Numbered from the stretch's first letter, positions 12,281 through 23,832 are shown. The stretch is 33,355 nt of DNA from Octopus bimaculoides (GCF_001194135.2 NC_068986.1:13906682-13940036); one strand, 5' to 3'. Notes: generated by a model from the sequence alone, not told the origin. Program-made: numbers and translations.

Positions 12281-13192
12281 GAAGAAGATTGGAGTCGATA
12301 AAAACTGTTGCACTAGATTAAGGACTTCTAGATAAGCAGATATCCGTGATGTGATCACTGAAGTCCACTGAAGCCCACCAAAAATCATGTGGTTGCAGAA
12401 AACATTAGGCCTTGTAAATCCATCTGGCTCCTTTCCTTCAACCATGTGTTGCATTGCATTTCACAGTTCCTGTTGTAAATACACACCCATACAGCAGTAC
12501 AAGCTTGATAACTAGCTATGGTTTTCCTCCTTTTCTGAGGCCCCTCATCGCTACCCTTGTATTTCAGTGCCCTATATTTTGGGACTCAAGTGTATGGACA
12601 GAGTTATATCTATTTTTCAATGAGCCTATGTCCTAGAGCGTGCATCTGACGGTACAGTAAACTTAGGTCTTTTCTGTTGAAGAGATTACAGATTTTGGAA
12701 ACGGTATGTAGTCGGATACAGAATCATGAATGCTTGGCTGGTTCGTATCTTATGGAAAAAACGAATTGGACGATAAGACTGGTGAGAACTTTCAATTTAG
12801 AATATTTGTGAGATTTCCTTATTAATAACTTTAATCGACTGTGCCACTAGCTTCTCTACGTAAGCATACCATCAACGAAAGAACAGTCTTAGTTTCAACT
12901 TGGAACCAAGCAAGGGTCACATACAGAGGTTATCGTTAAACTTTTCAAGACGATAAGATAAATAAAGAGACAACGATAGTACCAAGATCTAGAACGACGA
13001 AAGCAACAAGTATAACAACAAAAATATCGATGAACAGCTCACGTTACAATGAAAACTCAGTGAAAACCACAGTGAAACATTAGCCCGAAATAACAGAGAA
13101 ACTAAAGCGTGAAGTGTTGTGAGTTTGAAGTCTTATAATAAAGTTTAACTTTAAGTATTTACAGATTTAGCTTTGCAGAATATATGTATATA

Positions 13193-13371
13193 GGCGTTGG
13201 AGTGGCTGTGTGGTACGTAGCTTGCTTACCAATCACATGGTTCCGGGTTCAGTCCCACTGCGTGGCTCCTTAGGCAAGTGTCTGTCTTCTACTATAGCTT
13301 CGGGTCGCCCAAAGTCTTGTGAGTGGATTTGGCAGACGGAAACTGAAAGAAGCTCGTCGTATATATATATA
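13193..13371 (+). mobile_element. SINE family A head, running into an assembly gap
   Basis: Close match to 5169-5340, ending in (TA)n before the gap at 13372. Confidence 0.9.
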
Positions 13372-14487
13372 NNNNNNNNNNNNNNNNNNNNNNNNNNNNN
13401 NNNNNNNNNNNNNNNNNNNNNNNNNNNNNNNNNNNNNNNNNNNNNNNNNNNNNNNNNNNNNNNNNNNNNNNNNNNNNNNNNNNNNNNNNNNNNNNNNNNN
13501 NNNNNNNNNNNNNNNNNNNNNNNNNNNNNNNNNNNNNNNNNNNNNNNNNNNNNNNNNNNNNNNNNNNNNNNNNNNNNNNNNNNNNNNNNNNNNNNNNNNN
13601 NNNNNNNNNNNNNNNNNNNNNNNNNNNNNNNNNNNNNNNNNNNNNNNNNNNNNNNNNNNNNNNNNNNNNNNNNNNNNNNNNNNNNNNNNNNNNNNNNNNN
13701 NNNNNNNNNNNNNNNNNNNNNNNNNNNNNNNNNNNNNNNNNNNNNNNNNNNNNNNNNNNNNNNNNNNNNNNNNNNNNNNNNNNNNNNNNNNNNNNNNNNN
13801 NNNNNNNNNNNNNNNNNNNNNNNNNNNNNNNNNNNNNNNNNNNNNNNNNNNNNNNNNNNNNNNNNNNNNNNNNNNNNNNNNNNNNNNNNNNNNNNNNNNN
13901 NNNNNNNNNNNNNNNNNNNNNNNNNNNNNNNNNNNNNNNNNNNNNNNNNNNNNNNNNNNNNNNNNNNNNNNNNNNNNNNNNNNNNNNNNNNNNNNNNNNN
14001 CCCACACACATATATATAGACTATTTTAGATTACGATTACATACTTAAATATCAAATATAGTTACACGAAAAGCTATAGATTTAAATGAAGATGAACTTG
14101 CTTAAAACACGAAATATTGGTCCCACAAGCTCTGGATCAATGCATATTGCTCTGTATTTGAAGCCTATAAACATTGACTCCTCTGCTTTCTACAGTACTA
14201 TGTTAGGGAACTCTACATAATCATTACACAACACTCTAATCTCTACGTTCATGTATTTGTCACCCTATATTAAACGTTAACCCTATTATTAACATACGAT
14301 ACATTACACGCCCAGAAGTACACTAATATTTGCTAAACTACACTGTACTTTCATTTATACATTACAGGTACTCCATCGCCACTGCAAAATCTTGTAATAA
14401 GCTATACTGTATATATAGCCTTACATTAACAAACTGCGCTACACAACAGACCTCTGCTCTATAACAAAATACACTATAAAAATAATC

Positions 14488-14924
14488 CAGTGGTTCACAA
14501 AGTGGGTGGTATTGCTCTCCCCCACCCCGGGGCGCTGGAAAGTTCCCAGTGGACGTTGAATAAATGTGGGGCGATAATGGGGAAACGATTCATGTAAAAA
14601 CAACAAAATAATGGGTTCATTAGGGTTAGGGTTAGGGTTAGGGTTAGGGTTTTATTTGTGAAATAAAGTTGCATTGAATTCGCTTCAGGAGTCTATACTT
14701 GCGCTGCTCTGTTTTTATGTTATTTCTGAAATGTCATTATATGTTCTTTTTTAATTTAGCTCCGCATACTTATGTGAAACGATTTGTTCGGCTTTAACCC
14801 TTACTAAAACCAAATATCGTTCAATGCTGTAAAACGTGGAAGATGCTTTACGTCCAGCAGTGTCAAATATTACACCAAGGTTTAATTTGTTATGCAGCAA
14901 AAACAAGCACATCCACCACATTGG
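14488..14924 (+). mobile_element. Internally deleted hAT (Buster/Charlie-like) element; right end not resolved
   Basis: Left end CAGTGGTTCACAAAGTGGG, preceded by aaaTAatc (Buster-type nnnTAnnn target). 14836-14920 encodes EDALRPAVSNITPRFNLLCSK/KQAHPPH, the Buster-type transposase C-terminus (..KQAHPSH*). Confidence 0.75.
14620..14649 (+). repeat. Interstitial telomeric repeat (TTAGGG)5
   Basis: Five perfect copies, counted directly. Confidence 0.95.
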
Positions 14925-14957
14925 TTTTTACTTTGATTTTTTTTTTATTACTTTGGT

Positions 14958-15354
14958 TTATTACCTCCGCCTTAGCGAAGGCGAAGGTATTGTTTTCAGT
15001 CGCGTTTGTTGGTTTGTTTGTTTGTTTGTTTGACCGTGGAGAAGATATCTCAAGAATCGCTGGATGGATTTGAATGAAACTTTCAGGGATGTTTGGCCTC
15101 GTGACTGGCACGAACTAATTAGATTTTGGGATCGATCCGATACCGGGCAAGTATTCTGGATTATTTTCCGTTTTTTTTTTCTGTTTTTTTTTTTTACTAA
15201 ACTTTTGAGAGCGGTCGGGTTTATTTCTGATATTCCCGTTTGTAAGAGCAGCCGAGTTTATTTCAGATATTCTCATTTTAACAATCATCTCTGGCTAATC
15301 GTTGAGACGACGTTGGTGTTGCGTTGGCGGACGTTTGCTCTGTCTGAGTGGTCT
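14958..15354 (+). mobile_element. Helentron-associated non-autonomous element (HINE/DINE-1-like)
   Basis: Starts TTATTACCTCCGCC, then hairpin CGCCTT-AGCG-AAGGCG (14968-14983), a (GTTT)n tract and core GGATGGATTTGAATGAAACTTT. Ends with partner subterminal IR GGCGGACGT (15326-15334) plus TTGCTCTGTCTGAGTG. Lies in T-rich flanks. Confidence 0.8.
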
Positions 15355-16389
15355 GGGTTTTTTTTTTTACTTTGGTTTGGTTTTTGTACGTAAAAAATAA
15401 AATCATAAAACTACTTTTATTTTGACAAATAATATAACTATTTTTTTTCAAATGTATATTGTTCATCAAAAAAATTATTTATGTGTTTATTTGTATGTTT
15501 TATTTCATATCTAATACCTGTGGTCGCGAAAAATGAACAATGGGGTCATGAATGAAAAATTGAAAGAAGGGCTGCACCAGAGGGAGCTCAACAGTAGAAA
15601 TTCTTCAGAGAAGTCAATTCTTCATGTAAGTGTTTAGGTCTTTCCTGCTTGCACTCTAAGGGGACCGGGCCGCATTTGGTTCATGACTACTGGTAATCTC
15701 TACTGCCACATTCTGTGCTGCTGTCTGCATTGCAACCCTTCTGGATAGTTAAGGTATCGCAGCACCAAGGTACCTCCGATATTCTAACCAGTGCAGTCTG
15801 AGCTTTCGATTGACTGTTGGTGTAAATTATGCTTCTTCAAATTCACTTCTATTCCTCTTTGAACGGATCCAGTTCGAACTCTTCTCATCTGCTTCTGCGA
15901 TTGCCTAAACTACCGGAAATAAAAGGGAAAAAAATTGTGAGATAATCAAATCCAATCCTCTAATGGTTTGACCATTTTCTCTCTCTCTCTCTCATATTTA
16001 GGTTCTTAAACACTGGCTGGATCACTCTCAGCTTTCGTAATCTGCTAATATTCAAGGATAAAATTTGAGCTTCGTTATTTTCTCTGTTAATTGTGGAGCG
16101 GCAAGGAAATATTTGCTTAATTTTGTCGACTTCAATAGGCCTATGAAGGGTTTAAAGAAACCGATTTCTGTCGCCGTGTAAGAAATAGAAACAAAGAAAA
16201 TAATAATGAATAACAATCGATTAAATGAAGATTGGATAGATTAAAATAAACAGTCGCAAACAATGAGGTCGATGTAAGCAACTTACCCATCACACGAACT
16301 TGCTCGAATTGCGCTAAAGGATTTCTTTTATTGGCCACAAGGTCCTTATGTATTGAGGACAATATCAGGGTATGAAATTACTACAGCAC

Positions 16390-16690
16390 TCCGTTAGTTG
16401 ATTTTGTCAATGGGACAGCCTGCTTGTGAAATTAATGTGCAAGTGGCTGAGCACTCCACAGACACGTGTACCCTTAACGTAGTTCTCGGGGGAGATTCAG
16501 CGTGACACAGAGTGAGACAAGGCCGACCCTTTGAAATACAGGTACAACAGAAACAGGAAGAAAGAATGAGAGAGAGAGTTGTGGCGAAAGAGTACAGCAG
16601 GGTTCGCCACCATCCCCTGCTGGAGCCTCGCGGAGCTTTCGATGTTTTCGCTCAATAAACACTCACAACGCCCGGTCTGGGAATCGAGAA
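16390..16690 (-). mobile_element. SINE family C (Deu/Nin-type central domain suspected), head truncated
   Basis: Minus strand begins with B-box remnant TCGATTCCCAGACCGGGCGTTGTGAGTG and contains GTACCTGTATTTCAAAGGG..GTGTCACGCTGAATCTCCCC..GTGGAGTGCTCAGCCACTTGCAC. The domain assignment is from memory. Confidence 0.7.
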
Positions 16691-16754
16691 CGAAACGAAC
16701 GAGAGACCAATGATATGAGTTACAAGAATGTAAAGTTGCCTTTGTCATCAACAT

Positions 16755-17499
16755 TATAATCTTGACCACCACCATCATCGTCATCATCAACATCATCATC
16801 ATCTTCATCATCCTCATTATCGTTGTCGTCGTCGTCGTCGTTGTCATCGTCATCATCATCGTCATCATCATTGTCATCATCATCGTCATCGTCATCATCA
16901 TCATCGTCATCATCAACATCATCATCATCTTCATCATCATCATTATCGTTGTCGTCGTAGTCGTCGTCGTCGTCGTCGTCGTCATCGTCATCATCATCAT
17001 CATCATCATCATCGTCATCGTCATCATCATCGTCATCATCATCATCATCATCATCTTCTTCATCATCATCATTATCGTTGTCGTCGTCGTCGTCGTCGTC
17101 ATCGTCATCATCATCATCGTCATCATCATCATCATCATCGTCATCATCATCATCGTCATTATCATCGTCATCATCATCATCGTCATCATCATCGTCATCA
17201 TCATCATCGTCATCATCGTCATCATCATCATCGTCGTCATCATCGTCATTATCATCGTCATCATCATCGTCATCGTCATCATCATCATCATTATCATCGT
17301 CATCATCATCATCATTATCATCATCGTCGTCATCATTATCGTCGTCGTCGTCGTCGTCGTCCTCTTCGTTGTCATCGTCATCGTCATCATCATCGCCGTC
17401 GTTCTCATCTTCCCCTCTTCCTCTCTTCCTTCTCATTGTCATTATCATCATCAATCCTACCTATCGCATTTGCAGAAGTCCTCATCGTTTTCATTAGTG

Positions 17500-17534
<35 letters not shown>

Positions 17535-17560
17535 GTCATCAATATCCTCCTCCTCCTCCG
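16755..17560. repeat. Compound (ATC/GTC)n trinucleotide array
   Basis: Visible directly; produces poly-D, poly-S, poly-I and poly-M ORFs in different frames. Confidence 0.95.
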
Positions 17561-17581
17561 CCTCTTCATCAACACCATTAA

Positions 17582-17895
17582 CGTGTCCATGGGTATATGG
17601 CCTAGTGGTTAAGAGCGCGGGCTACTAACCCCAAGATTCCGAGTTCGATTCCAGGCAGTCACCTGGATAATGATAATAATAATAATAATAATAATAATAC
17701 TAATACTAATACTAATACTAATAATAATAATAATGATATCGAAAAATACCCTAGGAATGAGAACCCAGGTTCGAAATTTCCCCAATACATCTGATGAAGG
17801 CTGGAGAGTATATCAGACGAAACGTTGTGTTAATAACAAACAAGATGAGGACAAATATCCGTCAAATGTAAATAATGTAAATAATGAAAATAATG
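17582..17895 (+). mobile_element. tRNA-headed SINE-like unit with hammerhead-containing tail, flanked by an 11-bp TSD
   Basis: A box TGGCCTAGTGG (17598-17608), B box GAGTTCGATTCC (17641-17652), (AAT/ACT)n spacer, unique tail, terminal (TAAATAATG) repeats. Direct repeat AACACCATTAA at 17571-17581 and 17896-17906. Confidence 0.8.
17787..17830 (+). ncRNA. Minimal type I hammerhead ribozyme motif (Penelope-type)
   Basis: ACAT-CTGATGA-A-GGCTGG..TCAGAC-GAAAC-GT-T-GTGT: intact CUGAUGA/GAAA core, stem I ACAU/GUGU, stem II with one mismatch, palindromic ACGU in place of stem III, predicted GUU cleavage after 17826. Confidence 0.7.
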
Positions 17896-17906
17896 AACAC
17901 CATTAA

Positions 17907-19135
17907 TATCATCATCATCATTATCATCATCATCAATAGCCTCCTCCTCCTCCTCCTCCTCCTCATCATCATCATCATAATCATCATCAATCATCATCAC
18001 TACAGGCAAGCACCATCATCATAAAACGTCGTTGACGTCATCACAAATCTCCTCCTCCTTTTCTTCTTCTCCTTCGCCTTCGCCTTCTTCTTCTTCTTCT
18101 TCTTCTTCTTCTTCTTCTTCTTCTTCTCCTCCTCCTTCCTCCTCCTCCTCCTCCTCCTCCTCCTCATCATCATCATCATCGTCAACATAGTCGTCATCGT
18201 GTCGCCATTATCATCATTGTCGTACTCATCTTCATCTTGGTTGCCGCAGCTGCCGTCGCCGCCGTCGCCGTCATCCTAATTACCATTATTGCTGTCGTCA
18301 TCATCATCATCATCGACATCGCCGCCGCCGTCGTCAACAGCCACTACGATGATTCTCATCACCAATTTCCTTAGCCACGTTATTGACATAAACGCACACA
18401 TCTGAAGCGACATCTGTAAAAACAATATCACACAACAACATGAACAACGGCAAGAACAATAATATGAATCGACACAACGGAAACAATGATGGGCGATGAC
18501 AATAAAAACTAAAACAAAATTAATAGCAAAACAAATAACACATGAACAAATTTAAACAACAGCCCCGTTATCCGTGACGTCACCACCGACATCTTTGGCA
18601 TCAGCATCGTTAACAGTACCACTGGCATAAGGCAATCGCCACCACCACCAACACCGCCATTTCTATCATCAGCACGGCCACTATCATCGTCATCATCATC
18701 CTCCTCGTCGTCGTCATCATCGTCATCATCATCGTCATCACGGCCACCATCATCATCATCGTGGTCGTCGTCGTCGTCGTCGTCATCATCATCATCATCA
18801 CAGCTACCATCATTTTCATCGTCATCACCATGATCATTAACGTCACCATTCTCATTACCACAACCAACACCACTCCATCATCATCCTCATCATCATCATC
18901 ATCATCATCATCAACATTTTTCTCCTGCTCCTCCTACTCCTCCACCTGCTCCTCTTGCTCCTCCTGCTCCTCCACCTCCTCATCATCATCACCATCACTG
19001 CAACAACGACAATCATCGTTATAATGATTATTACCACTCCTACACAACCCTCACCGCAAACACCACCACCACCATCGTCGTCATCACAATCAGTATCGTC
19101 ATAATCATTATCATCATCATCATCATCATCATTAT
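17907..19135. repeat. Mixed trinucleotide low-complexity tracts (ATC, CTC, TTC, GTC, ACC)
   Basis: Visible directly; interrupted by a short unique stretch at ~18340-18620. Confidence 0.9.
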
Positions 19136-20253
19136 TGTTCCTTTTATATTTGTTGAACGACAAATATNNNNNNNNNNNNNNNNNNNNNNNNNNNNNNNNN
19201 NNNNNNNNNNNNNNNNNNNNNNNNNNNNNNNNNNNNNNNNNNNNNNNNNNNNNNNNNNNNNNNNNNNNNNNNNNNNNNNNNNNNNNNNNNNNNNNNNNNN
19301 NNNNNNNNNNNNNNNNNNNNNNNNNNNNNNNNNNNNNNNNNNNNNNNNNNNNNNNNNNNNNNNNNNNNNNNNNNNNNNNNNNNNNNNNNNNNNNNNNNNN
19401 NNNNNNNNNNNNNNNNNNNNNNNNNNNNNNNNNNNNNNNNNNNNNNNNNNNNNNNNNNNNNNNNNNNNNNNNNNNNNNNNNNNNNNNNNNNNNNNNNNNN
19501 NNNNNNNNNNNNNNNNNNNNNNNNNNNNNNNNNNNNNNNNNNNNNNNNNNNNNNNNNNNNNNNNNNNNNNNNNNNNNNNNNNNNNNNNNNNNNNNNNNNN
19601 NNNNNNNNNNNNNNNNNNNNNNNNNNNNNNNNNNNNNNNNNNNNNNNNNNNNNNNNNNNNNNNNNNNNNNNNNNNNNNNNNNNNNNNNNNNNNNNNNNNN
19701 NNNNNNNNNNNNNNNNNNNNNNNNNNNNNNNNNNNNNNNNNNNNNNNNNNNNNNNNNNNNNNNNNNNNNNNNNNNNNNNNTTCTTTCTCCCGACAGATGG
19801 CACTGTTTTTATCGATCTTTATTCACCTTTAAAATGAAAAAAAGAACAACTTATAAATTGTATTTTATTAAAATTTTTTTCTGCTTCTGTTTCCAATTTT
19901 TCTTTTAATTTTATGTTTATATAAACTTTCATTCGCTGTGTTTTTTTTTCTATCAATATTCCTATCTTTTTTCATTTTCGATTTACTTTTTCGTTCGTAT
20001 TTCCCTTCCTCTTTCTTTCTTTCTTTCTTTCTTGCTTTCTTTCTTTCTTTCTTTCTTTCTCTCTTCTTCTCCATCTATTCTTTCTTGTCTTTTTCTTATC
20101 GTAATTCATTCTGCGTAACGTATTACTTTTCAGTTTTTTTTTTCATTGTATAATATTTGTTTCTCCTAATTTTCTTTAGTCACACAGACTGTCTGTCTAT
20201 TTGTGCTTCTGGCTTTCTTTGCACTTTTGCTAATTCTTTTCCGCACGTCCCTA

Positions 20254-20336
<83 letters not shown>

Positions 20337-20592
20337 TCTCAATGTTGCATCACCTGTGATAAATTCCCGTCCGTCTTTATCAAAAATTTTATTTTAATGG
20401 TAGCAGTTTCAAATAACACACGCAAGCATACAACGGTGTAATTGAATTAATCATACCCTCATCATCGTGGCGTATTGGTAATTCAGTTCCTCCTTGGTTC
20501 GATTCAAGTACATGTTGCTGAAAAGCCATAAAAATGTCAATATATATATATATATAAATCGGTGTCAGAGTATCTGCAGAAGTGGATACATG

Positions 20593-20664
<72 letters not shown>

Positions 20665-20690
20665 CGTGTGTGTGTGTACGCATGTATGTA

Positions 20691-20809
20691 TGTAATATGA
20701 TATGGGACAATTATTCGGTTGCCATAATAAGACTCCGCGTTTCAGATGTCGGGGTGAGAACTCGGAGTTTTATTATGGCAACCGAATAATTCTCACATAT
20801 TATATTACA
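20691..20809. repeat. Long inverted repeat / MITE-like foldback (47-bp arms, 25-nt loop)
   Basis: Arms 20691-20737 and 20763-20809: 43/47 Watson-Crick pairs, 2 G-T, 2 mismatches. Confidence 0.9.
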
Positions 20810-22563
20810 GATAAATCCCTCTATTTTCATAATATTGAGGGCTCATTCATTCTTTTGTTGTCTTACCAATACTACTAATATATATGTATATGTATGTATG
20901 TGCTTCAAATCGTTGTCAGAGTATCCGCAGAAGTGGAGACACGACTGGTTACTTCTTGCTGCCATCGAGTCGCATTTGTTGTAATAATGAAATCAAACCA
21001 AATAGTAATATTTGGTGTATATATATGATCCAAAATAAGCAATAGGATATCAAGTAGTGATGCAGTACAACCGTCTCCCGCAGCTCCATTTAAATGAACA
21101 ATGCAATCATTACATCAATTTCAATGCAGTGCCATCATCAGCTGCACAAATAAATAAATAGAATTTTAACTAGTTGGACATATTAATATACTTTTTCTCA
21201 AATACTTTAACAGAGCAAGAAGATGGAAGAAATTCATGTTGTTGCTATTGTAGCTTAGAATAAACTACACATCCAAGTATCGCATGAAGTCCATTGGGGT
21301 CATGACTTGTAAAGGATTGTGATTCATTTCTAATTCCTTTATCTCTTTATCAGCTACTTAATCTAAGACTAGAGTACTGTGTCTGTTTAGAATAATGGAC
21401 AGGTGTGTGTTGATGGCTTATAGCTAGCTATGGTCAGAAATATTGTCATATGTATCCCTTTTCCTCAGGGAGGAAATAAGGCATTACGAGTAGTCAGTTG
21501 GATTTAGAGTAACTGTCAAGAAGGCTGGGTAGGGGAGTACTTTAAATCATGATGTTAATTACGAGTTAAAGGGGCAAGACGCTCAGAAACTTAGGATGTT
21601 ATGTTGTATACAACATAACAAAATTGTTTAAAAACTATCACACATAGTGCCCCAAGATAAAATTTCCTCGGTATTAACATACATACATGCATGTGTATAT
21701 TTATATATATGGGCTACTAATTGTTTCATAGGATGATAACAATTCAGACAGCATTTTATAACACGCAATCACCAGGCTCTACCCATACTGCATAACAAAC
21801 TAAAACAGAATGAAACACATTTGTATCAGTCACAATTCTATATATTCTTAGGATAAAATATTTTCCGTTATAAATTGTTAGCCACGATAAACTTTTTAGG
21901 AAACTTTTACATTTTCACTTATTGGATAGTAGCCATTCTATGGCAGCACCTTGGAGGGTTTTCGCCGATCGAATCGACCTCAGTACTTAGGTATAAATTC
22001 ATTTCTTTTATTCAATTTTCCAGTAACGGTCTGCAGATCGGCAACAGAAAACATTCTTTCTCTTCCTTGTGCAAACTAATGGATATCCATTTAAAGACAC
22101 AGACACACAATTAAAGACACACACACACACACACACACACACAGAGACCTCCTCGCACATACACACAGAGACCTCCTACTCCCACACACAACACGTACAA
22201 ACACCCACACACAAGATTCTGGCACATGTTTATTCTATGATCCTGATTATGATATCAATAGCATTGATAATGTTGTGAGGTTGATAAGAATAACACTAAT
22301 AATAGGGATAAGAATAATGATGATAAACAAAAAAAACCCACCACCACCATCACAGCAACAACGACAATAACAACAACAACAACAACAATAAAAGTAACAA
22401 TAATTTTGATGATAAAGATGTTAATAATAATAAGAATATGAGAGGTAGTAATTGTGTAAGTACATATGTTTAGCTGTATGTATGTAAGTATGTATGCATG
22501 TATGTATGTATGCATATATCTATATATGTACGCATGTATATACATACGTATATATATGAAAAC

Positions 22564-22603
<40 letters not shown>

Positions 22604-22934
22604 NNNNNNNNNNNNNNNNNNNNNNNNNNNNNNNNNNNNNNNNNNNNNNNNNNNNNNNNNNNNNNNNNNNNNNNNNNNNNNNNNNNNNNNNNNNNNNNNN
22701 NNNNNNNNNNNNNNNNNNNNNNNNNNNNNNNNNNNNNNNNNNNNNNNNNNNNNNNNNNNNNNNNNNNNNNNNNNNNNNNNNNNNNNNNNNNNNNNNNNNN
22801 NNNNNNNNNNNNNNNNNNNNNNNNNNNNNNNNNNNNNNNNNNNNNNNNNNNNNNNNNNNNNNNNNNNNNNNNNNNNNNNNNNNNNNNNNNNNNNNNNNNN
22901 NNNNNNNNNNNNNNNNNNNNNNNNNNNNNNNNNN

Positions 22935-22978
<44 letters not shown>

Positions 22979-23270
22979 CATATATATACATGCACACACA
23001 CAAACGAATATATAGATATTATATGTTTACATATACACGTATGGATGTGTGATGTATACACATAGTTATACACAGACAACCTACGTATCCGGTAAAGAAA
23101 TTGTTTTCGTAATTACAAGAATTTTATGAAAAAGATAATTACAATTTATGGCCAAATTATTTAAAAATATTTCTCGGAAGTGTCAATTATCTCAGCCTAA
23201 ATGCTAATGTTTACAATACATTATGGAGGCTATATACTTCAACTTATTACTGGATTATAAACGCTACTGT

Positions 23271-23331
<61 letters not shown>

Positions 23332-23373
23332 GTTTTTGTTGCTTTTATTGATAATATTATATTTTTGTTGTTA

Positions 23374-23419
<46 letters not shown>

Positions 23420-23569
23420 CATTAACATCATTATTATCAATGGTGTTATTACCATTATTATTGTTATCTTTATTATTACCGTTCTGTTTGTCTTACCATC
23501 AAGAACACCATATATATTCTTGGTCTTACCATTATTATAATTATCGTTGTTTTCATCATTGTCATCTTT

Positions 23570-23785
23570 AAGGCGGCGAGCTGGCAGAAACGTTAGCACG
23601 CCGGTCGAAATGCTTAGCGGCTTTTCGTCCGCCGCTACGTTCTGAATTCAAATTCCGCCGAGGTCGACTTTGCCTTTCATCCTTTCAGGGGTCGATTAAA
23701 TAAGTACCAGTTGCGTACTGGGGTCGACGTAATCGACTCATTCCCATCTTTCCCCAAGCTGGTCTCGTGGCAAATATTTGAAATT
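23570..23785 (+). mobile_element. SINE family B, complete
   Basis: Head AAGGCGGCGAGCTGGCAGAAACGTTAGCACGCCGG..TTCAAATTCCGCCGAGGTCGAC..GGGGTCGA..TAAGTACCAG, followed by an (ATT)n tail. Reverse copy at 26405-26621. Confidence 0.9.
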
Positions 23786-23832
23786 ATAATTAGAATTATC
23801 ATCATTGTTATTATTATTATTATTATCATCCT

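Noticed and set aside
12280-12520. RTE-like RT C-terminal echoes (VLLYGC, MVEGK..); similar weak echoes at 6540-6610, 15570-15900 and 29255-29490
   Set aside because: Only 1-2 loose motifs each. They may be very old LINE debris, but I cannot support them without an HMM search.
12672-12705. CTGTTGAAGAG..GGAAAC, resembling the 28.6-kb motif
   Set aside because: Stem II is weak, there is an extra base before GAAAC, and there is no ACGT palindrome.
16287-16345. Minus-strand mini-exon DLVANKRNPLAQFEQVRVM with a perfect GTAAGT donor
   Set aside because: The acceptor is weak, it abuts a SINE end, and I recognise no homology.
16720-17454. 244-aa poly-Asp ORF, superficially like acidic molluscan shell proteins (aspein-type)
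   Set aside because: It is a pure GAT/GAC array that is open in several frames. There is no signal peptide or unique flanking domain, and similar tracts lie nearby.
17591-17664. Functional tRNA gene
   Set aside because: The T-stem has two mismatches, the acceptor stem does not pair, and it is embedded in a TSD-flanked unit, so it is a SINE head.
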